A stretch of DNA of 63,337 bases, counting the filler, from Octopus bimaculoides (Eukaryota): the NCBI RefSeq assembly GCF_001194135.2. It is 5 parts of 3 records of this genome, joined end to end, with 100 filler letters (N's around TTAATTAATTAA, not from the genome) between each part and the next. Parts side by side here need not be neighbours in the genome. Positions count along the whole stretch, not along the records: positions 35,965 to 61,091 come from NC_068982.1; positions 61,192 to 63,337 come from NW_026305856.1; 3 more parts are not named here. One strand, given 5' to 3'. Made by a program: the position numbers and the translations under genes. Each line of letters starts with the position of its first letter. The first letter of the stretch is position 1. The notes under the pieces were generated by a model. That model was not told the origin of the DNA. It was given only the letters and a program-made list of their open reading frames with translations, and made no database searches. Below, one piece after another: positions 53,219-63,337 of this stretch.

Positions 53219-54954
53219 CTGAAATAAACAAAAAAAAAAAACAAGTGAGACATTTGTTCAAAAAGAAGATATGAATATATATATTTACAGATATGCATGT
53301 ATGCATGTATGTATGTATGTATGTAGGTTGGTAGGTAGTTAGGTATAATTAATCAACATTACAAGCCATAAACTATAATAATAAACATCTTAAAATAAAG
53401 TTGCTATGAAAAAAGAAGGATTAATATTTAAAAATAAAAGATAAAGAAATTTTTAATATAGTCATTTATTATAGTGGCATGAAATAAGAAAATATTTGCA
53501 TAAAAGTTAAATAATATTCTGCAATCAAATGCAACATACACAATTTGCTCAAATATTAGGTATCGTGTATATAACATGTCCACTGAAAATTGTATTTCTG
53601 CTTTTAATTATTGTGTATTGAGAAGTAATATGAATTTAGCTGTTGAAAAGAGTTAGATATATCTTCTAAATATTAAAAAAAACAAAAAACTGAACTTTCA
53701 ACAGCGAAAACAACTACCAATGAATTTTATCATTTTAACTAAGGGACAGGAGTATAAAATACAATTGTTTTGAACTTCCCACAATTGCAAACAACTCCTT
53801 ACTTTTGAACATTTAAATATCATTTGTTAATAGTATTTAATGTAGAAAATCATAATAAAGAATTAGAATTGTTCTTAAATCTAAAACAAATTTAGCGTTG
53901 AAAGTTATAAAGCACATAGATATCTACAATTACAAGAAGCAAGTATAATTATATGAAAATGATTTTCATATGAAAATAAAACTAAACAGCATTAATTGAT
54001 TAGCTGTAACTTTTCTTTTTAGCAAAGTAATCACGTATAAATAAGTACTAAATATATTCTCTCAACTCCAATTATATATGAGATATAGCAATGCATTAGC
54101 ATTTGATATCTATTTAACAAATATACAGTGTGCTACTGATGGAGTTGTTATGATAGTAGTAAATGTTGTTTAGCCACAGGTCAGCTTTAATGTAGCAGAC
54201 TTCTGACCAAAGACCTTTCGGCCATGATCATGTTGTCTTTTACTTGTTTACAAGCAACCTATTATCCAGTATGTACCTTTCTAAGACAATGGGGTATGAA
54301 AGAATTTGGCTGCTTTTACCAGGTCATACAACCATATAACTACTCCTTCATTAGCTTAAATACATTGTTGAACAAAGCTGAATGCAAATTTTCTTAAAAT
54401 ATTCTGTTTTATTATTTTACTTTCTCATTTCTCTTGTTAGCTACTCAATTATATTTGAAAATTTCAACCAACTATTTTGGAACTATTTTGGGCATAAGGT
54501 GCTGTCTAGAATTATCAATATACAAAATCTTCTGGAGAATGATGGCAATGATATTGCCATTATTCTCTTAAGTTATATAGAGAAATACTATGAATACATT
54601 TGTGCTCAAAGAGAGTATGTACATGAAACAATAAATGAAGTGGTATGAAGGCTTCTATAAGTTCTGTGGTACAAAGTTATTGTGTTGATATAACAAACTT
54701 CATTGAACTTCAATGAACTACCTACCACTGTGACAAGTGTAACCACAACATTGATTAGTTAGGGGCTTATGAAGCCAGTTTGTGTATGAAGAACTTAAGG
54801 AAACAAATGACACAGGAGAAGAGAGTGAACAGACTTTACTAATAGATGAGACTTTCAATTAGTATGATAAAGAAGGAAAGACTAAAGAGCTATAAGAGTA
54901 AAAATCTATAAGACTAACAGTTTAGGGGGAACAAAACCAACTTATAATACAGAT

Positions 54955-55387
54955 GACATGTGCGGGCGACACATGATATCTTTCGAGCGGGATCGTTGCC
55001 AGTGCCCCTGGACTGGCTCATGTGCGGGCGACACATGATATCTTTTGTGCGAGATCGTTGCCAGTGCCCATGGACTGGCTCTTGTGCGAGTGACACATGA
55101 GGTTTTTCGAGCGAGATCGTTGCCGGTGCCCCTGGACTGGCTCTTGTGCGGGTGGCACATAAAAGACACCATTTCGAGTGTGGCCGTTTTCGTGCGGGTG
55201 ACACGTAAAAGCACCCACTACACTCTCTGAGTGGTTGGCGTTAGGAAGGGCATCCAGCTGTAGAAACTCTGCCAAATTAGATTGGAGCCTGGTGTTGCCA
55301 TCCGGTTTCACCACTCCTCAGTCAAATCGTCCAACCCATGCTAGCATGGAAGGCGGACGTTAAACGATGATGATGATGATGATGATG
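54955..55387 (+). mobile_element. family E SINE/LINE 3' region with an internal 62-bp tandem array and (GAT)n tail
   Basis: Units start at 54959, 55021, 55083 and 55145; the element ends ggacgttaaacgatgatgatg. Confidence 0.8.
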
Positions 55388-58300
55388 ACAGTTAAGTATT
55401 TCTAAAGTATATGTTTACTCAGAATCAGTGAATGAAGTAGAACGCCATACAGGAAACAGTCATATATATTGGTGGAATAGTAAAGTGGAATGGTGTATAA
55501 GGCTATAAGGACTAGTCCACAGTATTGGAAGAAATGCTAGAAACCAGATGATAATTTTACTTAACCAACAAAAAAGCTGAAGGTAGAATAGTTTTTTAAT
55601 GTTCTATATTATAAGAATAAGAATAGTGTACTACTCTTAAATACAAGACAATATGATATAATTGCCAACAATCATTAGACAGAAGAATGTTGAGAACAGT
55701 TCTTACACAATTTTCCAAAGTAAGAGGCATAAATCAGTTAGAAATGTCATTACAAAAGGGTGCTATGCATAAGATAGTATAGAAAGCTGTCATCTGTAAT
55801 AATTAGCAATATTATCAAAAAGTGATGCAAAGACTAAGTGGATATATGGTATTATTGAGGATAAAAACTAACAGATTAAGAATATTGAGGATAGAGTTGG
55901 CTTTGGAAAAATATAGTTTGATTTGAATCAGAAAACTATATAGAGAATTCTTGAAACATTTTACAGTCTATTTGTCAACTGAGGAAGTCGCTTTTACAGC
56001 ATCACTTACTCATTAATCAGATGTATAAATAGTAGCATATGTGTACATGAAAAATTTGTGAGAACAAATTCAAGTCATGTACAAGAATGTTTACATACAA
56101 TCAATGTCAAAACTGCCAGTAAGTTCAGTTGCAAACTCCATGTACAGGGAAGTATTATTCTGTTCTAATCCCTTAATTTTTGAAAATATAATCTGTGTTC
56201 AAATTTAAATGTCCTTGGAAACTTTTATAACCTAGCTCCCATTGAATAAGTTATCAAAAATATTACATAAAATGCATCCCAAACATAGAAACAGTTAAAA
56301 ACCCTATAGGTGATAATAGTGTTTGCAGAAGTCCTAATTGGTAACAAAGAGCATAAAATCTCAGAGATATATAGAAACTGGTTTCATTCGCAATGTAAGT
56401 TCTGACCCAACATAGTGAAGAACTAAATACTGTGTACTCAAGTGCAAACAATGATTGTTCAAAAAGTGCAGAAGGATCTTTGACAGAGTAGCAGAGAACC
56501 AGAAATTTAGATGTAATTGATGCACAGAAATTCCATCATATGAATTCCATGACCTTCGTAGATAGTTCAATTGAGGAAGAAAATATTTTCCATTACTTAA
56601 GAAGTCATAATCAGTGCAGTAGTATGATGTAGTAAAAAATATAATAGTTGAAACACTAACTAGAATATAAATGGATATGCTTTATGTAGTTATTGTAGTT
56701 GCTAGGTCAACAGGGTATCATTCTGCACAAAAGAGGCAGAGTGTATTATGTGTATCATTTGTGACACAGCAAGATAGCAAGTGATGAGCAATAGTAACAG
56801 AAATCCTGTAGCGGGAAGAGTTGATTACAGTTTAACACTAAAATGCCAACCTACAGGAAAGATAAAAAACATTTATATTGAGAAAACAGTGTGCATATGT
56901 CTGTATATGGCTGCATATTTATGATTATATCCGGTTATCTACAAATATGAACAATCTAAGGATGCATAAGCAATTGACCTCATGGAACCACATAAACTAA
57001 GTTTTCTCGATATGTTTTCCTTTTCTAGGCTCAAAACGTTAAAGACTCTTTCACTTCTCAAGCGTTAAACTAATACATCTATTTGTTGTCTACACCACTT
57101 GTCTTCGTCTTTTGTTTTTTTTTTGTGAATTCTCCCTTGATATTTTTTTTATACATAAACCCAGTATACTAAGTATCTGCATTGTATTTAACTTGTTCTT
57201 CAAATAAAGACTACTAACATTTAAAATAAAGAAATACCATATAAGTAAAATAAAAATAAATAAATAAAAAGAAATTCAACTAAATTATATAAGATCACAT
57301 CCCATTAAACCATTTAGAAGAATTGGAGATGAGATGTTACAAGAGAAATTAAAACATCCTAAAACTATGAATTTCATCTTGCATATTTTTCTTTTTACTG
57401 TAAGTTTATTTTTAAGAGTCTCTGTGATTTATTATAATTTTCAGAAACCTGTTCCTTCATTTGTAGTGAGATAACAATGTTGCTTACCAAATACAATACC
57501 TAAGATCACAACTCAACTAAGAAACTGTATACTTTTAGGAAAAGAGAGTAAAAATATGAATGTTCAATATGATGTGTAAAACAATAACTCTAAGGATGAA
57601 GTAAATGGCCTATGAAGAATATATTTCAAGAATGTACAATTATGAATTGTTAAATTCTAAAAGCTATGCAGAGAGAATCCTGTTATTTGCTAAAATATTT
57701 CTTCATAATTTTATACAAAATCCCCTTATTTAGATTAATTCTCATATGATAAATGTAATCATGAATACAAACTTCAATACTGAGCATGTTTCACTTTACA
57801 TATATGCACAAAATGCAAGTATTATAGGCTCTTTTTCATGCAAATGTATACACTAAGACATTCTACACAATGACATGATAGTCAAAGATGAACTAATATC
57901 AGACCTATAAACAATCACATAAGATAAAGCATTAGTTAGACATTATCAGTATCAAAGGACATATTCAATACTAATTTGCTTAAAAAATATTCTAAAAGAC
58001 AATAAGCACATTGAGAATATTTACATAATAATTGTACGAACTGAATATTTTGAATATTCAGACTAAAGAAGAGAATCAGAGAGATAGTAAAACAGGAAAG
58101 GTAATGAAAGAGAAGGGACAGAAAAGACAAAAGATAACGAGAAGAGTAAGGAAGATAGAGACAAATTTAAAGAAACAAAGAAACTTGAACTCATATCAAA
58201 ATAATCATGGAAGACAAAATGGAAATCACAGTGACATGAAGAGTATATAAAAGGAGAAAAAGATACAAAGAAAGAGACAGACAATCAATTTTATGTCACC

Positions 58301-58597
58301 TAAGATCATTGTAGGCAAAGCTACATGCACTACATAATAATACAAAGAAAGCAATTTCTTTTTTCATATATGGACAATATTTTCAGATACAACAAAGACC
58401 CAACAAAACTACTGACAAATTATTGAGCTGAAAGAGACGTATAAGCAAATACAGTAGTTAAAGACATTGTAATAGACATTGAACAGCATGCTATTGAGGC
58501 ATTGGTAAGCTACAGATATTGATGCTTGTGTAAAGTCAAGCAGCAGCAGTGAGTGCAGAAGCACATAATAAATCCTGCATGAGGATCCACAAGATAC

Positions 58598-61091
58598 CTA
58601 TGTCTTCAACACCTTCTTTCAATGGTTCAGGTATGTCGGGACCAGGATTGCTCAATTTAAGCTCAGTAACTGATGATTCTTTCTCTTTAATTTCCAGATC
58701 TTTGACTTCAACAGGGACTGTAATTTCTGGCTTGATATCGAATGTAGACATTTCTGGAGTAAGTTCGATTTCTTCCTTGCTAATGATAATTTCCTTCTCA
58801 TGAGTGGTTATCTCTTCTTTTTCTATACAAATAACCTCAGCAACTTGAGGTGCCACTTGCATTTCAATTTCACTGACTGGTTTCTCGGGTTTACCAATAT
58901 CAAAAGATATAACTTCTGTTTTCTCAACAGGTTTCTCTCCAACGTCAAGTTGAATAGAGACTGCCTCTTTAGTTTCAGGTTTAATGTCAACCTCTGTCTT
59001 TTCAATTTTAGTTACCACTTTTTCTGGTTTACCAATATCAATGGATATAACTTCTGTTTTCTCAACAGGTTTAGCACCAATGTCAAGTTGGATAGACATT
59101 TCCTCTTTAGTTTCTGGTTTAATGTCAACTTCTGTCTTCTCAACAGGTTCCTTCGAAACTACTTCTTCATGTACAATTTCAGAAGGAATTGTCTCTTGAA
59201 TTGTAATCTTTTGCAGGTCAGTGCTAACAACAGCTACAGACATAGGTATCTCCACATGTTCTTTCTCTATATCAGCTATATGTTCAATAGTGTCAACTAA
59301 CACATCTTCTGCTGTGCGAATCTCATCACGTACACTAACTGATGTATCTTTTTCCTCATCAGAAACCTCTTTGGGTTCCACTTTCTTTTCTTCAGTTGAT
59401 GGAATATCAAAGAATTCTTCTTCAGAAAGTTCTTCTTCAGCTGTACTCACAACACTCACTGATGGAGCACTTATAATGGTCATTTCAGAGATACCTTTCA
59501 CTTCTTTACTCACAGGATTCATTTCACTTTCCTTGCTGATTTCAACAACCTTATCAGTTACATCTTCAACAGGAGCTTCTTCAATAGCAGATGCTTTTGT
59601 AGAACTCACAGAAATTTGAATACCAGTTTCTTCCNNNNNNNNNNNNNNNNNNNNNNNNNNNNNNNNNNNNNNNNNNNNNNNNNNNNNNNNNNNNNNNNNN
59701 NNNNNNNNNNNNNNNNNNNNNNNNNNNNNNNNNNNNNNNNNNNNNNNNNNNNNNNNNNNNNNNNNNNNNNNNNNNNNNNNNNNNNNNNNNNNNNNNNNNN
59801 NNNNNNNNNNNNNNNNNNNNNNNNNNNNNNNNNNNNNNNNNNNNNNNNNNNNNNNNNNNNNNNNNNNNNNNNNNNNNNNNNNNNNNNNNNNNNNNNNNNN
59901 NNNNNNNNNNNNNNNNNNNNNNNNNNNNNNNNNNNNNNNNNNNNNNNNNNNNNNNNNNNNNNNNNNNNNNNNNNNNNNNNNNNNNNNNNNNNNNNNNNNN
60001 NNNNNNNNNNNNNNNNNNNNNNNNNNNNNNNNNNNNNNNNNNNNNNNNNNNNNNNNNNNNNNNNNNNNNNNNNNNNNNNNNNNNNNNNNNNNNNNNNNNN
60101 NNNNNNNNNNNNNNNNNNNNNNNNNNNNNNNNNNNNNNNNNNNNNNNNNNNNNNNNNNNNNNNNNNNNNNNNNNNNNNNNNNNNNNNNNNNNNNNNNNNN
60201 NNNNNNNNNNNNNNNNNNNNNNNNNNNNNNNNNNNNNNNNNNNNNNNNNNNNNNNNNNNNNNNNNNNNNNNNNNNNNNNNNNNNNNNNNNNNNNNNNNNN
60301 NNNNNNNNNNNNNNNNNNNNNNNNNNNNNNNNNNNNNNNNNNNNNNNNNNNNNNNNNNNNNNNNNNNNNNNNNNNNNNNNNNNNNNNNNNNNNNNNNNNN
60401 NNNNNNNNNNNNNNNNNNNNNNNNNNNNNNNNNNNNNNNNNNNNNNNNNNNNNNNNNNNNNNNNNNNNNNNNNNNNNNNNNNNNNNNNNNNNNNNNNNNN
60501 NNNNNNNNNNNNNNNNNNNNNNNNNNNNNNNNNNNNNNNNNNNCCTCTGTCTTTTCAATTTCAGTGACAACTTTCTCTGGTTTACCAATTTCAATGGTTG
60601 TAACTTCTGTTTTCTCAACAGGTTTAGCACCAATGTCAAGTTGGATAGACATTTCCTCTTTAGTTTCTGGTTTAATATCAACTTCGGTCTTCACAACAGG
60701 TTCCTTTGAAACTACTTCTTCGTGTACAATTTCAGAAGGAATTGTCTCTTGAATTGTAATCTTTTGCAGGTCAGTGCTAACAACAGCTGCAGACATAGGT
60801 ATCTCCACATGTTCTTTCTCTATATCAGTTATATGTTCAATAGTGTCAACTAACACATCTTCTGTAGTGCGAATCTCATCACGTACACTAACTGATGTGT
60901 CTTTTTCCTCATCAGAAACCTCTTTAGGTTCCACTTTCTTTTCTTCAGTTGATGGAATATCAAAGAATTCTTCTTCAGAAAGTTCTTCTTCAGCTGTACT
61001 CACAACACTCACTGATGGAGCACTTATAATGGTCATTTCAGAGATACCTTTCACTTCTTTACTCACAGGATTCATTTCACTTTCCTTGCTG
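58598..61091 (-). CDS. giant repetitive exon A; 5' end lost in the join
   Basis: Open frames either side of a gap with the same modules; donor GAA GAC ATA G|gtatct at 58598. Confidence 0.8.
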
Positions 61092-61191
61092 NNNNNNNNN
61101 NNNNNNNNNNNNNNNNNNNNNNNNNNNNNNNNNNNTTAATTAATTAANNNNNNNNNNNNNNNNNNNNNNNNNNNNNNNNNNNNNNNNNNNN

Positions 61192-63337
61192 ACGTACGTA
61201 CGTACGAACAAACAAACGAACGTAGGAACGCAAGTTCGTACGAACGAACGAACAAACGAGCGAACGAAGGTACGTAAGTGCGAACGAACGAAAGAACTTA
61301 CGTACGTAATTACTTATGTACGATCGAACGAACGAACGATCGAACGAATGAACGCAAGATCGAATGTAGGAACGCACGTTCGTACGAACGAACGAACGAA
61401 CGACCGAACGAAGGTACGTAAGCACGAACGAACGAACTAACGAACGAACGAACGTAAGTACGTACGTAAGAACAAACGAACGAACGAAAGAACGAACGCA
61501 CGTGCGTACATACATACGTACGAAAGGACGATCGAAGGAACGAACGCTCAAAAGAACGTACGTACGAACGAAAGAACGAACGTATGTACGTACGAACGAA
61601 CGATCGAACGAAACAACGTACGTACGGAATTACGTATGTACGATCGATCGAACGAACGAACGAATATACGTACGTAATGAACGANNNNNNNNNNNNNNNN
61701 NNNNNNNNNNNNNNNNNNNNNNNNNNNNNNNNNNNNNNNNNNNNNNNNNNNNNNNNNNNNNNNNNNNNNNNNNNNNNNNNNNNNNNNNNNNNNNNNNNNN
61801 NNNNNNNNNNNNNNNNNNNNNNNNNNNNNNNNNNNNNNNNNNNNNNNNNNNNNNNNNNNNNNNNNNNNNNNNNNNNNNNNNNNNNNNNNNNNNNNNNNNN
61901 NNNNNNNNNNNAACGAACGAAGGTACGTACGTACGAACGAACGAACGAACGAACTAACGAACGAACGTACGTACGTACGTACGAATCCACGAAAGGACGA
62001 GCGTACGTACGTATGTAAGTTCGTAAGTAGGTACGCATGAACGAACGAACGATCGTTGGAAAGTACGTACGTACGAATAAAAGAAGGAACGAACGTGCGT
62101 TCGTACGTACGAATGCACGAAAGAAGCAACGAATGAAGAAACGAACGTACGCACGTACAAACGTAAGAAGGAACGAACGAACGTACGTGCGTACGAACGA
62201 AAGTTCGAAGTTACTTACGTAAACGCGAACGAATGAACGCGCGTAGGAACGTACGAAATAACGAACGTACGTAAGATCGAGCGAACGAACGATCGAAGGA
62301 ACGGACGTACATAGGAACGAACGATCGCACGTAGGTACGTACATACAAACGAACGAACGAACGAACGACCGAATGAAAGAACGATCTCACGAACAAAGTT
62401 CGAATGTTCGTACGTAAATGCGAACGAATGAACGTGCGTAGGAATGTACGAAATAACGAACGTACGTAAGTACGTACGAAAGATCGAATGAACGAACGAT
62501 CGAAGGAACGGACGTACATACGAACGAACGATCGAAGGAACGGACGTACATACGAACGAACGATCGCACGTAGGTACGTACATACGAACGAACGAACGAA
62601 AGAACGACCGAACGAACGAACGATCTCACGAACGAAGTTCGAATGTTCGTACGTAAATGCGAACAAAATTCGAATGTACGTACGTAAATGCGAACGAACG
62701 AACGAACGGAAGTAGGAACGTACGAATTAACGAACGTACGTAAGTACGTACGAAGATCGAACGTACGTACGTACGTACGTACGAACGAATGAACGAACCC
62801 ACGAACGAACGAAAGAACGAACGTACGTTCGTACGTATTTAAGATCGAACGAACTAACGAATGAACCTACGTACATACGTACGTATGTACGAACAAACGA
62901 ATGAACAATTGAACGTATGTTCGTACGTACGAACGAACGAACGAATGAATGAAAGAACGTACGTACGGAATTACGTATGTAGGATCGATCGAACGAACGA
63001 ACGAACGCACGAACGTACGTACGTAATGAACGAAACCACGACCGAATGAACGAACAAACGTACGTAAGTATGTACGAACGAAAGAACGAAAGATCGAACG
63101 AACGAACGAACTAACGAACTAACGAACGAACGTACGTACGTACGTACGAATCCACGAAAGAACGAACGAACGTACGAACGATCGTTGGAAAGTACGTACG
63201 TACGTACGAATAAAAGAGGGAACGAACGAACTAGCGAACGAACGTGCGTTCGTACGTACGAATGCACGAAAGAGGGAACGAATGAAAAAACGAACGTACG
63301 CACGTACAAACGTAAGAAGGAACGAACGAACGTACGT
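61192..63337. repeat. CpG-rich degenerate (ACGA/ACGT)n satellite with higher-order structure
   Basis: Built from acga, acgt and atcg tetramers; blocks recur at 195 bp and at about 1.1-1.3 kb. Confidence 0.9.

Noticed and set aside
36513-60752. Long plus-strand (Ser/Thr/Ile- or Phe/Asn-rich) and alternative-frame ORFs over the giant exons
   Set aside because: They are shadow frames of the 138-bp coding repeat and lack independent splice signals.
61144-63309. Arg/Ser/Phe/Val-rich ORFs
   Set aside because: They are by-products of a stop-poor tetramer satellite.

Overview
AT-rich, microsatellite-dense animal genomic DNA. The SINE/LINE repertoire looks like an octopus (coleoid cephalopod) genome; this is inferred from recognised repeat families, not a database hit. 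Four artificial 100-bp joins (N44-TTAATTAATTAA-N44) split the window into five blocks, so adjacency across them is unproven. Blocks 1-3 (1-35864) are mostly SINEs, LINE fragments (R4/Dong-like, Tx1-like, RTE-like), Penelope-like relics, mariner pieces and simple repeats. Block 4 (35965-61091) holds three tandemly duplicated giant minus-strand exons of an E/K/T/V/I-rich repetitive protein. The repeats are nested: a 46-aa unit, inside a several-hundred-aa module, inside a ~13-kb exon+intron duplication. Both duplicated introns keep AG|GT zero-length-exon (recursive-splice-like) sites. Block 5 is a CpG-rich ACGA/ACGT satellite. The most striking unannotated signal is three unrelated type-I hammerhead ribozyme families, each present as an outward-facing inverted pair (13.1/17.9 kb, 20.7/21.3 kb, 40.8/41.1 kb). 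All coordinates and alignments were done by eye.
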